Part shown: piece after piece, positions 1 to 9,489 of the stretch
Layout: every line of letters begins with the position of its first letter
Numbering within the stretch: position 1 is the stretch's first letter
NCBI GenBank assembly: GCA_965207885.1
Contig: OZ242311.1
Coordinates: 6,048,001-6,112,000, forward strand
Direction of reading: 5' to 3'
DNA from: Candidatus Latescibacterota bacterium
GTDB taxonomy: Bacteria > Latescibacterota > UBA2968
Length of the DNA: 64,000 nucleotides
Notes under the pieces: generated by a model
Told to the model about the DNA's origin: nothing
Databases searched by the model: none
The model's input: only the letters and a program-made list of their open reading frames with translations
Position numbers and translations under genes: made by a program

Positions 1-88
1 CGGATATGCTGCATTGCCTCCAATGGGTGGGTCAAGCACCTGGGGGTGTGGCAGGGACAAGCCACCTGCTCAGCAGGTGGTGGTTGAC
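1..88 (+). mobile_element. Right end / omegaRNA scaffold of an IS200/IS605-family (TnpB) element lying mostly upstream of the window
   Basis: Reverse complement of 1-88 (GTCAACCACC...GCTTGTCCCTGCCACA...GGTGCTTGAC-CCACCCATTGG) closely matches the end of the tnpB element at 12986-13060; subterminal hairpin CCACCTGCT-c-AGCAGGTGG and terminal GGTTGAC. Confidence 0.8.
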
Positions 89-92
89 AATT

Positions 93-160
93 ATCATCTC
101 TGAATGATTTAGCCTACTAACAGAGATATGTCAAGAGATATTTTTCTTTTACTGATTCGC
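93..160 (-). promoter_or_regulatory. Sigma70-like promoter, copy 1 of a ~68 bp duplicated element
   Basis: TTGACA on minus strand (129-134); region is similar to 1460-1527 (AATGATTT.AGCC...AGAT.TGTCAAGAG.TATTTTT.TTT.ACTGATTCGC). Confidence 0.6.
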
Positions 161-188
161 TTCCGAAAAATGGCACAGTCTTATCCAT

Positions 189-298
189 TCAATCCGATTC
201 CTCAATAATTTCCATGCGGATGAAATCGCCGGGATGCGAAGGCGTCATGGTTATTTTAATGCCGTTGTCAGCCATCAGTAATAATCTTCCAAATGTAA
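189..298 (-). pseudogene. higBA toxin-antitoxin remnant
   Basis: 275->189 reads MADNGIKITMTPSHPGDFIRMEIIEESD* (HigA N-terminal HPG-x-I/L motif, prematurely stopped), overlapped via TGATG by ...LHLEDYY*, resembling the HigB C-terminal EDYH motif. Confidence 0.7.
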
Positions 299-299
299 T

Positions 300-335
300 A
301 AAAATCCCGCGCTGGAATAACCAGACGGGATTTTT
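300..335. terminator. Probable bidirectional intrinsic terminator
   Basis: AAAAATCCCG...CGGGATTTTT inverted repeat with A/T tracts on both sides, downstream of the 448-1440 gene. Confidence 0.65.
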
Positions 336-447
336 GTAATGTACGCCAGTGTTTGGTAAGAAAAAAACAAATTACGTCCTGCTTTCGCCACTCTGAGCAG
401 GCCATTGAGAGATTACCCGAGGGGCAACGATTTCCCATTTGCGTGAC

Positions 448-1440
448 TTATTGCCCTTTGACATTCGAATGGCTGTTTCCACCGCGTTTCGCGTCCCGGG
501 CTTCCTCGTTGATGCGGCTTGTCTCTGACTCTGGGGGGAGGTTTTGAGTCTCATCATTCATCTCCTTGAATTGACCTACGAGGGTCAGTCCTTCGTTAAG
601 CTTGGGGATTAGTGCATCAAAAATTGCATCTAATTCCGGTAACGGATTTTGAACCTTCAGTCCAATTTTTTTGGCTTCGTCCGAATCAATGACAAATCCA
701 TGCTCAGGATATTCTTCCACTAAACTCTGTGCAATCTTTCTTGCTTCTTCTTCTGTGTGTTTTGAAGATAGCAAACGGATAGCATACTCTTCAGCTACTC
801 GCAAAACGCGTGCCATTTGTGTATAGTGAACCGCGTCGATGTTTTCGATCAAGGGCCGTATAAAATTGGCTGTATATTCAAGGGTATGCGGCAAAATTGA
901 ATCTATCTTTTTTCCCGTTCGCCCTATAAGCAGCCACATAGTCTGATCAAAAACCTCAATCGCAGCGGCATTTAATCTATGAAGAGTGTGAACCTCGTCA
1001 AGTGCCGAAATAATACCCTCTCTTTCAACATCTGCAAGTTGGGCGTCAAGTGGTCCCAACTCGGCATCTAACCCCATGCAAATGTGCTGTGCGCCCAGTG
1101 CCAAAAGCGTGGCTGCGCTTTTGGCATATCGGGGAATGAGGGCTATAAAACCGGCTCGCCGATTAAAAAGCCGAGCAATCTGATAAGCTACTCGCGCATC
1201 CCCGCCAAGTGAATCTATCAATAGCAGTGCTGGTTGTTCTGAGGATATCTCGCGCTTTCTTTCCAAAAATTCATGTTGCAACCCATCACGGATTGGGTTG
1301 TTGTCAAAGAGGAATAGCCAAAGTGGTAAGTTCTCAAATTGGTTTCGCAAATCACATAGCAGATGAACAAGGTCGTCGTCTAGTTCGCCTTCTTCTCCAG
1401 GATATATGTCAGCGATATATTTCTTCTGATTTTGAGACAT
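448..1440 (-). CDS. SDH-family Clp-fold (ClpP-like) serine protease
   Basis: Motifs LLIDSLGGD, IPRYAKSAATLLALGA, ELGPLDAQ and C-terminal HGFVI typical of PF01972-like Clp-fold peptidases. Confidence 0.85.
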   Translation of the reverse strand: MSQNQKKYIADIYPGEEGELDDDLVHLLCDLRNQFENLPLWLFLFDNNPIRDGLQHEFLERKREISSEQPALLLIDSLGGDARVAYQIARLFNRRAGFIALIPRYAKSAATLLALGAQHICMGLDAELGPLDAQLADVEREGIISALDEVHTLHRLNAAAIEVFDQTMWLLIGRTGKKIDSILPHTLEYTANFIRPLIENIDAVHYTQMARVLRVAEEYAIRLLSSKHTEEEARKIAQSLVEEYPEHGFVIDSDEAKKIGLKVQNPLPELDAIFDALIPKLNEGLTLVGQFKEMNDETQNLPPESETSRINEEARDAKRGGNSHSNVKGQ

Positions 1441-1459
1441 TTATCTTTCTCCCAAACCA

Positions 1460-1527
1460 ATCATCCCTAATGATTTAAGCCATTTTAAATAGATGTGTCA
1501 AGAGGTATTTTTGTTTCACTGATTCGC
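1460..1527 (-). promoter_or_regulatory. Sigma70-like promoter of the Clp-fold protease gene, copy 2 of duplicated element
   Basis: TTGACA on minus strand (1496-1501) about 55 bp upstream of ATG 1440; GGGAG RBS; similar to 93-160. Confidence 0.65.
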
Positions 1528-1642
1528 GTACTATGATCAGTGTGTTTAGTGAATGGCAACATCCAGGTCAATGTGCCGTAATCGTCCCTGCAGAACTCGT
1601 CTGGTTCTTGCAACGTCTTATTTTACATTGGATAGCAACGGG

Positions 1643-2486
1643 TCAGATTGAGGTCTTTTCTTCTGCTTCAGACAGAAATACGATAGCCGATGCTGTCATA
1701 TTTAACATGTAAGCAACGAGATGATTCGGCACAGCTTCCGGAGTTGTACCTTGCCCGTGCCCGCTCAATTTGTTGCGTCCGGTAGGTACACTACTCTCCA
1801 AAAGATTTCGCAGAGACGAATAGTGCGATTGCCAAAACGATGGGATCAGTCCGTTATCAAAACAAACCTGAATCAAGGGCTTTGAGGTTGCATTTTTACT
1901 GTAACTCCACCTTCTCTTGTCGCAAATCGTTTTCATTACGCTCTCGAATGCTTTTAGACATTCGTTGAGGGCTTCTTTGGCATTTCCTTTTCGATAGTGT
2001 TCGTGCGCTTTTAAGAACTCCTGTTGCGCTCCGGCATATTGCTTTTGGTCGAGCAATCTGAGCGCAGGCTTAACAATTTCAGTGTGAGTAAATTCAGAAT
2101 CGATGCGGATAATTTGTCCTTTTGTGAATTGATAGCTAACGCCATGCTCCTTAAATCTTTGATTTAATTCTTCTATTGCGTCATCGCGATCTATAAACCG
2201 AAATGACAATTCTACTGCATCAAGAACCTTTTCGATATTTTTTTCATTTAAAAAAATCAAAAAATTCTTTTCTATAATCTCTTGGATAGCCTGTCTCAGC
2301 CAGAAGAAAAACGCCATATTCACGACATAGAGTATTGACTATGAATTCATAATGCCTAAGAGTATCTCTCCAGATGTGAACTATCTGCACTCTGAGAGGA
2401 TTAGGAAGGTCATCATAAACATAGACATCAGGCATTTCTCCCCGAAGTCTCTTTTGACGCTTTGAGAATAGGTCAAATATAGCCAA
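1643..2486 (-). pseudogene. STM4504/CBY_0614-like AbiJ-type (N-terminal domain + Abi_C/HEPN) abortive-infection protein, frameshifted
   Basis: ORF 2244-2486 (MAIFDLFSKRQKRLRGEMPDVYVYD) and ORF 1643-2323 (NEKNIEKVLDAVELSF...RNKLSGHGQG, HEPN-like R-x5-H) join across a T7 tract at 2250-2256. Confidence 0.8.
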
Positions 2487-2507
2487 GTCTAATTTCTCCT
2501 TTCAACT

Positions 2508-2696
2508 TCAACGACACTCCCTACACCAAGACTGCTTATGCCAGACATCTTCACCTTGGTGTATGTCATCTCTCTTGCGCCAACCGAACTCATCAATGGT
2601 GAGCAATTCTTGGCACTCGGGACAGCGCCATACTGGCGTTTCCCCTCCCTTATTATCTTGGATAACACCATCCGGCTCTGGCAATTTCACAAGCAT
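2508..2696 (-). CDS. Small zinc-ribbon protein (62 aa), unknown function
   Basis: Two CxxC pairs (CPEC, CREC), AGAAGG RBS, fills the gap between MTase and Abi gene on the same strand. Confidence 0.65.
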   Translation of the reverse strand: MLVKLPEPDGVIQDNKGGETPVWRCPECQELLTIDEFGWRKRDDIHQGEDVWHKQSWCRECR

Positions 2697-2712
2697 TTTT
2701 ACCTTCTTGATT

Positions 2713-5700
2713 TTAATTTTTGCTTACGGTATTCATTCTGTACTTGACGTCGTAATTCACCAAATAATAGACTTCCTCTTCCGATAGACCGTAGTGTTCG
2801 GCAAGCACATGGTCAATTTTATCAATTAGAGACTTTGACTTTCCAACAAAATAGTTTATCTCTTTCCGTTCACTTCCATCTGCTCTCCGGCGTATTCGGA
2901 CTTCGGCGTTCCTTTCAAGGTCATCAATAAGCGAGTTGGATAATCTGTGAAGCCTTTTGTCTCCTATCATTGAATTAGGAACGGCAATCATATCTACGTC
3001 AGTACGGGTTACGTGGTAGCAATCTGAAAATACAATCCAAAGCCAATAGTAAAGCGAAGATGATAGTAAACACAGAATAGCATCCTCCGCCTTATTCTGT
3101 AGAGATAGTTCCTTATATTCGTTAGATAGCTTTTTTTTAATACATTTTCGAAAGTACCGCCCCCCACTATGATAGTAGATGGGACTTCGCGATCCTTTTG
3201 TCCTAAGACGAGCGAGTGGCTCGTATTGCATGATCTTGCTGAGAATATCTCGATCAATCTCCAACCCGATCTTGGGAAGAGCAGCAAAGGTCTCATAAAA
3301 GGAGGATTCAATATACGAGATTGTACTAAATAGATAATTTCTGGTAGATTCATTCCAGCGATTATATGAAGTTGTGAAGATTCGACCTCTGTTTTTCTTT
3401 TTATAGGACGTGCCAACCAAAATAGACAGGTTCATATCTACTCCAACGAATAATTTGGCTGGACGTACCGCAAAATTACTTATATGGATTGAGGAATTGT
3501 CAACTAATAGACGCATAAGTGGCAACATTCGTGGCGTTGAAATAGAACTAATCGGAACAATTACTCCATACCTTTGGTCCGATCTGAGAAGTTCCAAGAA
3601 TCGCTCTAAGCAGACCGCGTAGAGATTCCCTGCTCGGATAAGTTTTTTTGCTTGCAGAGAATATTGATCAGATATTTTTGATATTTCCACATACGGTGGA
3701 TTTCCTATGATTACGTCGAACCCACCTTTGTTCATAATCCCATAAAACTCGACGAACCAGTGGAAGGGCTGGTGACTGTCGCGCCATTGGGTGTACGCTT
3801 TTTCGTTATCTACCTTGACGCCGTAATCTTCGGCCAGGTATTCGTCTAATTCGTCGCGCAGGTCGTCGAGGCGTTCCTTCAGTTCCAATTTCGCGCTGGC
3901 GTATTTGTCGGCATCCATGCCGTGGGTGGTTTGCATTTCGCGGAATTGGCGGAAGGCGCGGTCGGCGATTTCTGCGCGTTCTTCTATTTGGGGAAGCGAC
4001 AATTGTTTTATCAGGTCGGTGCTGAGTACCTTTTGTACTTCTTCGAGCGATGTGAAGCCGACGAGGGTGTTGCCAGCGCGGATGTTGAAGTCGATGTCGG
4101 GTAGTGGCTCAATCTGGTCGTAGCTTTCCAGTTGCGCGACGAGTTTCAGAAATAGGCGCAGTTTGCAGATTTCCACGGCTTCGTCCATGATGTCAACGCC
4201 ATAGAGGTTGTCGATGATGATGGATTTGAGAATGAAGTAGCGTTCGCTGGCGTGTTCAGAGACCTGTTTTAGTACATTGGTGAAATCGCTCAGTTTATTT
4301 GGACTATGCTGGCGTGTTGAACGTTTCAGGTCGTCGAGGAATCCCCCCATGGCTTCCAGACAGGCTGTGTATATTGGCTCCAGGATGTTGAGTGCGGCGA
4401 ATAGGAATGCGCCGGAACCGCATGTTGGATCGAGTATGGAGACTCTGGTAATTGCTTTATAAAAGGCGCGAATGAGTTCTGGGCCTTCGCTGTCTTCAAT
4501 TGCGTTCAGGGCAAATTTTTCGATGTCCAGGTTGTAGGTGATGAGGTCGTTGATGGTGGTGACTTCGCCATCGGCGAGTTTGGCGTGGATTTCTTCGTAG
4601 CGTTGGCGGCGGGCAATGTGCTCGCGCCATGTTTCGGTTGGCAGGGCGTATTCGGATGGTGCGGGTTTGTTCCATTCACCACGTTGGGATATATCGTTTA
4701 GACCGACAGCTATTTCAGGTGGTAGTTCGTGCTTCTTTTCAAGGTTTTCTTTTTTGTGAATGTCATAAGTGATGCCGTGGCGCACGGCTTCGTAGAAATA
4801 CCGGTCTGGATCTTCCGATAACAACCGCCATATTGCGCCATCGGGTTTGAACGCGATGGCGCATTCCTTTTGCGCTTGGTCAAATAAGAACGGGATAATG
4901 GTGTTGCGGCTGATGTACCCGGTGATGTCCTCTTTTGTGTAATAGGCTCCCATTTGTTTCTGGTTGATGTATTTTTCGAAGATGTAGCCGAGCACATCGG
5001 GATTGATTTCATTGTCGTTACGAAGCGGGCGGTCGTCGAGGTACCACTGGTAGGCGTCGAAGAAATCAAAAATTTTCTGGAACGCTTCGTCGGGTATCTG
5101 TATTTCTGGATTGTCTCGCTCCAGATCGTGTACGTCGAATAAGCCGCCGTTGAGGTACGGGACTTTGCCGAGTAAGGCCGCCAACTCGGGGGCGCGGTCG
5201 GCTTCAGGTTGGCCCAATCCTTCGTGAAATAGCCTCATCAGGAATAGCCGGTAGAAGCTGTGGAAGTTGCCACCGCCTTGCTGCTGGCGTACTCTTTCCA
5301 AACGGTCGCGTAAGTAATTGAGGTTGTTGTCGAGAAAGCCGCGCTTTTGGATGAAGTAAATGAACATCATCCGATTCAACATCAGCGATGCGTACCATTC
5401 GCGGTCAGCAAGATTTTGGATTCCCGTGATGAAGTCCAGAAAAGCAGTGTGCTCTTTCTTGAAATGGTCATAGAATTTTTTGGTGACTTTATCGACATCA
5501 AAGGCCGCGTACACTTGGCTCATAACACCGGGAAGGGTAAGGTCTTCTTCTTCTTCCAATGCGAAGGCTATTGGTTCCAGCTTTTGTATTAAGGCTTCGC
5601 CTGGCTGATCCTGGTAATAGATATGCTGGCGGGTCCGGTCTGATCGTCCCGGCTCGCGTTTCACCCATTGCCAGTACAGCGTTTTGTCGTGGGAGACATA

Positions 5701-5976
5701 GATGATGATGTGCTCGCGGACGGTCTTGGTGACGATTCTTTCTATCTTTTGGCGGGTAGGATAGTCGGGGAAGATGTCGTCCGAGGCCTGTATGTACTGG
5801 TAGGCAACCATGCCGCGTTTGTGGGCAATGGCTTCGAGAGCGTACACATTGTCCGCAACCGTAGCTTCGATATTCGTTCCGCCGTAGTCCCAGCCGAGTT
5901 CTTCAATGAAGAGCATCTGGAGATTGAGGTTCTGTAGATATTGTTTGACTCTGTTTCTGTCGAGAGTTGTCGGCAT
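2713..5976 (-). CDS. Eco57I/type IIG-like N6-adenine DNA methyltransferase with C-terminal target-recognition region
   Basis: YLNGGLF, GAYYT, motif I DPTCGSGAF, motif IV GNPPY; 1087 aa. Confidence 0.9.
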   Translation of the reverse strand: MPTTLDRNRVKQYLQNLNLQMLFIEELGWDYGGTNIEATVADNVYALEAIAHKRGMVAYQYIQASDDIFPDYPTRQKIERIVTKTVREHIIIYVSHDKTLYWQWVKREPGRSDRTRQHIYYQDQPGEALIQKLEPIAFALEEEEDLTLPGVMSQVYAAFDVDKVTKKFYDHFKKEHTAFLDFITGIQNLADREWYASLMLNRMMFIYFIQKRGFLDNNLNYLRDRLERVRQQQGGGNFHSFYRLFLMRLFHEGLGQPEADRAPELAALLGKVPYLNGGLFDVHDLERDNPEIQIPDEAFQKIFDFFDAYQWYLDDRPLRNDNEINPDVLGYIFEKYINQKQMGAYYTKEDITGYISRNTIIPFLFDQAQKECAIAFKPDGAIWRLLSEDPDRYFYEAVRHGITYDIHKKENLEKKHELPPEIAVGLNDISQRGEWNKPAPSEYALPTETWREHIARRQRYEEIHAKLADGEVTTINDLITYNLDIEKFALNAIEDSEGPELIRAFYKAITRVSILDPTCGSGAFLFAALNILEPIYTACLEAMGGFLDDLKRSTRQHSPNKLSDFTNVLKQVSEHASERYFILKSIIIDNLYGVDIMDEAVEICKLRLFLKLVAQLESYDQIEPLPDIDFNIRAGNTLVGFTSLEEVQKVLSTDLIKQLSLPQIEERAEIADRAFRQFREMQTTHGMDADKYASAKLELKERLDDLRDELDEYLAEDYGVKVDNEKAYTQWRDSHQPFHWFVEFYGIMNKGGFDVIIGNPPYVEISKISDQYSLQAKKLIRAGNLYAVCLERFLELLRSDQRYGVIVPISSISTPRMLPLMRLLVDNSSIHISNFAVRPAKLFVGVDMNLSILVGTSYKKKNRGRIFTTSYNRWNESTRNYLFSTISYIESSFYETFAALPKIGLEIDRDILSKIMQYEPLARLRTKGSRSPIYYHSGGRYFRKCIKKKLSNEYKELSLQNKAEDAILCLLSSSLYYWLWIVFSDCYHVTRTDVDMIAVPNSMIGDKRLHRLSNSLIDDLERNAEVRIRRRADGSERKEINYFVGKSKSLIDKIDHVLAEHYGLSEEEVYYLVNYDVKYRMNTVSKN

Positions 5977-5985
5977 TTTATATCC

Positions 5986-8900
5986 TCATTGACCAATCAA
6001 GCCCATTGAGCAGATAATCTGGGGTTCCTGGCGTTCGTCTTCCTGGTTTACAATACAAAGCCTGTCTTCATCTCTGAGGGCGATGACCAGTTGTGCGAGG
6101 GTCTCGTCGGAGATGCCGCTACGCAACTGACGGTTTAGCGTATCTACTGCGGCTTGACGCAGGGGATAGCGGTATATGTCATCTACCGCTCGATGTAGTA
6201 GCTCTGTGTCGAATAACGTGCCTTTGACGTTTTCGGCATAGTTTTTGAGTCGTTCATAAGTTTTGAACCGGGCACCCGATGGGCGACCGAGTTGACCACC
6301 GACCTGTGCTTCTTCGCGGGCGATGTGTTCTGCGGCTTTGTACACCAATTCATGGTGGGTGTCGTGGCGCGGTAGGGCCGGTTCGTCGGGTAAGCAGGCC
6401 GCGGTACGCAGGATGTCGAACTGGCTCTCGGTTACGCTACTGCCTTCGCGGTCCATCCACGCTAAGGCATCGTGTCCCTGTGCTGTGCGCATATAGACCA
6501 GAGCACCTTCGGGATGTTGCGGCGTTTGTGCGTAGGCGCGTGAAGAATGGACGACGGATGGCATATCTTCGATTTTCTTTTTCAGCGACGGATCGGTTGT
6601 TGTCGCGTTTTTCCAGATCTGGTAGGCATAAGAGGAGAGATCGACGTCGGTTTCTTCTTCGCCGTCGAGGATGCCTGCCTGCTCGTGGTACAGATTGCGA
6701 ACAGCCCGCTCGTCTTCATCCTCAAAAAAGGCTTCGTCGGTTCCAACGACTTCGGCATTTTGATCGAGGCGTGTTCTAACGCGCGTCCGAAGCTGGATGA
6801 GACGTTCAATGCCATCCGCGGGGAGAAAGGAATAGCACAGGATGGTGTCCGCTTGCTGTCCAATGCGATCCACGCGCCCGGCGCGTTGAATCAGGCGGAT
6901 AATCGCCCAGGGGAGATCGTAATTTACGACAATGGCGCAGTCCTGAAGATTTTGTCCTTCGCTCAGGACATCCGTGGAGATCATGATCCGAAGTTCCTTG
7001 TCACTCGTAATGCGATCCTCTTTTTCGTTGCTCTTTGGGCTGAAACGCCATGCCAGCCTTGTCGGATTGTCCGTGTCTCCGGTTACGGCTGCCATATGCG
7101 GTACGCCGCGTGCTCTAAGCTCGCGCCCCAGATAGCGCACTGTGTCGGCGAATTGCGTAAAGACCAGAATCTTGTGATCCGGGTGTGTGGCCATGAGCAA
7201 ATCTTCCAATGCGCGGAGTTTTGTATCTTCCTCCGCTTGCCAGGTCCCGAATTGAACGAGGAGGTCGCGTAGCATTTCAGCGTCGTTCTTCAGGTCCTTG
7301 CGAAGACTGTCAACAAAATGGTGTGAGGCCAGCCAGCGAAATCGATTTCTGTATGCAGAGGCATAGAGGGCATAAACTTCAGCGGCTCGTTGGCGAAAAT
7401 CCTTTTCAGTTCTCAGTACTTTCGCTTCGTTGACGTTTTCGTTCGCATCGTCGTCATCTTCTTCGAAGAGATTTCCCGTTGTGCCTTCCACATCTTCGTC
7501 ATAGGAATGTGAATCCAGTAGTCCCGCGTCCGTTGTTCCGATTGGGATCGGCAGGTCATTCTCAATGGCGTGGAGAAAAATGAAGTTCCGCAATATGTGC
7601 CGTTCAACAGATAGCAGGAAGGCATGACCGCTACTTTCGAGTCGTTTGAACAGGTTGGTTCGGCAGAAGCCCATGAGTCGCTTGCCTGCGCGCGATAAGT
7701 CTTCGCGGATTTTTTCCTCGGTTGATGTTGGTGGCGTGTGTAGCGAGGGTGTGACGTAGTTGCCGAGGCCATACCGCGGAAGTTCCAGGCTATTTATGGC
7801 ACCAACCACTTTTCCCGTGAACAGGCGGGCGTACTGATCGCCAATGTCGAATTGAATCGTCTTGGGAACCCGGGTGGGGAAATAGGAGCGACTGCCGTCT
7901 TCAAATGTCAGGTATTTCTTTTGAGTGGTCTCATCGGTGGCGGCATAGTTGTCTCGAATAAAGCTGCGGGTCCTACGCACGAGATACAGGCGCATGAGTT
8001 CCTGCCAGTCTGCCGCGTGTTCGGATCGCTCGAACGCAGCCAGTGTCCGCAACCCTGCCTGGTGTTGGCGGATGAATTCTGTCTCACCTATCTTCCGCAA
8101 CAGGCGTTCCGGACGAATTCCCAGGTCTTCATCTTCGGGTACAAACAGGCGAAGTTGGCTGGACAGGTCCAGATATGTCTTGTTGTAGGGCGTCGCGGAC
8201 AGCAGGATACACTTGCTGTCGTTTTCCTGGATGTATTCCTGGATGGCGCGGTATCGCTTGCCTTCTCGATTTCTCAGATTGTGGCTCTCATCAATTATGA
8301 TCAGGCGATAACGGCGCATGTCGGGCAATGCGTTGATTACGCTGGTGATTGACAATACGTGGGCGCGCATCCGGTACTGATGGCGGTAATATTCCCACAT
8401 CGGAACGAGATTTTTGGGGCATAAGATCAGCGTTTCCAGGCCGTGATCGTCCTCAAATACGCGCGCCAGAGCGGTTGCCATGAGCGTCTTGCCCAGCCCG
8501 ACCACATCGCCTATGATGACGCCGCCCCGTCGGTTGAGGTGGTGTGCGGCGATCTTCACAGCAGCCGCCTGAAAGTCGAGCAATTTGTTGTCGAAGTCTT
8601 TTGGGATGCGAAATTCCGTCAGGCCAGCCCGCGCTTCTTGCGACAAATGGTACGCCATTTTGATGTAGATCTGGTGGGGTGGAATCAGTTCTTCGCGCGC
8701 CCAACTTTCCTCAATAATCTCGCTGAGTTCTTTTGAGATATCGACGCACCAGCGATCATTCCACCTGTCTTCGAACCACGTCGCCAGCTTTTGACAGGCA
8801 TCGTGATCCAGCACATCGACGTTGAGTTCGCCTTGATAGGAAAGGCCCGATAATGTGAGATTGCTGCTTCCGAGGTATCCAACTATGGGGTTGATTGGAT

Positions 8901-9345
8901 CTGGCCGAAACAAGAGGTAGAGCTTTGCGTGCAGCGAGTGTCTGAGGAAGAGTTTGACGACGAGTTTCTTTGCCTTGATCTGCGCCGCCAACCTCCGCAG
9001 ACCCGCCTCGTCTTCATTGGTCGGAGCACCCAGGATCAATTGTTCCCGAAATTCCTCTGCCAGTCTTTTTTTAAGCCGAGACGCGGTCTGATTATCGAGT
9101 CCCCCCTGATAGGCTGCAAAACTTTTGGCAATCCGCAACTCTTCGTGTGGCAATTGTTGCATGCCGACGAGAAGACGGCAACATTGACCATCTCCACCCG
9201 CCCACTTTTCGACGTATTCGTCGATTGAACGCCAGCCCCGAAGATTAAAATAGCCAACGCAGAAATCCGCACGTTCTGAGATTTCCATAGTCTCTACTAA
9301 CGCCGGGCGAAGACTTTGTTCGATATTGTCAAAAATCCGGGGCAT
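5986..9345 (-). CDS. PLD (HKD)-nuclease domain fused to SNF2-like SF2 helicase
   Basis: HAKLY...GSSN PLD half-site; Walker A DVVGLGKT; DESH; SATP; motif VI QRAGRVDRIG. Confidence 0.9.
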   Translation of the reverse strand: MPRIFDNIEQSLRPALVETMEISERADFCVGYFNLRGWRSIDEYVEKWAGGDGQCCRLLVGMQQLPHEELRIAKSFAAYQGGLDNQTASRLKKRLAEEFREQLILGAPTNEDEAGLRRLAAQIKAKKLVVKLFLRHSLHAKLYLLFRPDPINPIVGYLGSSNLTLSGLSYQGELNVDVLDHDACQKLATWFEDRWNDRWCVDISKELSEIIEESWAREELIPPHQIYIKMAYHLSQEARAGLTEFRIPKDFDNKLLDFQAAAVKIAAHHLNRRGGVIIGDVVGLGKTLMATALARVFEDDHGLETLILCPKNLVPMWEYYRHQYRMRAHVLSITSVINALPDMRRYRLIIIDESHNLRNREGKRYRAIQEYIQENDSKCILLSATPYNKTYLDLSSQLRLFVPEDEDLGIRPERLLRKIGETEFIRQHQAGLRTLAAFERSEHAADWQELMRLYLVRRTRSFIRDNYAATDETTQKKYLTFEDGSRSYFPTRVPKTIQFDIGDQYARLFTGKVVGAINSLELPRYGLGNYVTPSLHTPPTSTEEKIREDLSRAGKRLMGFCRTNLFKRLESSGHAFLLSVERHILRNFIFLHAIENDLPIPIGTTDAGLLDSHSYDEDVEGTTGNLFEEDDDDANENVNEAKVLRTEKDFRQRAAEVYALYASAYRNRFRWLASHHFVDSLRKDLKNDAEMLRDLLVQFGTWQAEEDTKLRALEDLLMATHPDHKILVFTQFADTVRYLGRELRARGVPHMAAVTGDTDNPTRLAWRFSPKSNEKEDRITSDKELRIMISTDVLSEGQNLQDCAIVVNYDLPWAIIRLIQRAGRVDRIGQQADTILCYSFLPADGIERLIQLRTRVRTRLDQNAEVVGTDEAFFEDEDERAVRNLYHEQAGILDGEEETDVDLSSYAYQIWKNATTTDPSLKKKIEDMPSVVHSSRAYAQTPQHPEGALVYMRTAQGHDALAWMDREGSSVTESQFDILRTAACLPDEPALPRHDTHHELVYKAAEHIAREEAQVGGQLGRPSGARFKTYERLKNYAENVKGTLFDTELLHRAVDDIYRYPLRQAAVDTLNRQLRSGISDETLAQLVIALRDEDRLCIVNQEDERQEPQIICSMGLIGQ

Positions 9346-9427
9346 ATTGTGATCCAGGGTTTATATTTTTGAAGGATAGGCGTGTTCTTAATCTCATTTG
9401 TTCATGGTCGTTATAAACCGCCATCAG

Positions 9428-9456
9428 AGTCTATTTAAAAATCTCCATACTGTCAA
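9428..9456 (-). promoter_or_regulatory. Sigma70 promoter of helicase-MTase operon 1
   Basis: TTGACA-N17-TAGACT on minus strand, ~80 bp upstream of ATG 9345. Confidence 0.7.
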
Positions 9457-9489
9457 GGGTTGGACATTTGATCTTAAAAATTAACGTTA

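Noticed and set aside
2489-2671. Alternative 60 aa ORF overlapping the Zn-ribbon gene
   Set aside because: No RBS or motif; the 2508-2696 frame has both
2713-9345. DISARM or BREX assignment for the helicase-MTase pairs
   Set aside because: No drmA/drmB/drmC, pglZ, brxC or brxL in either locus
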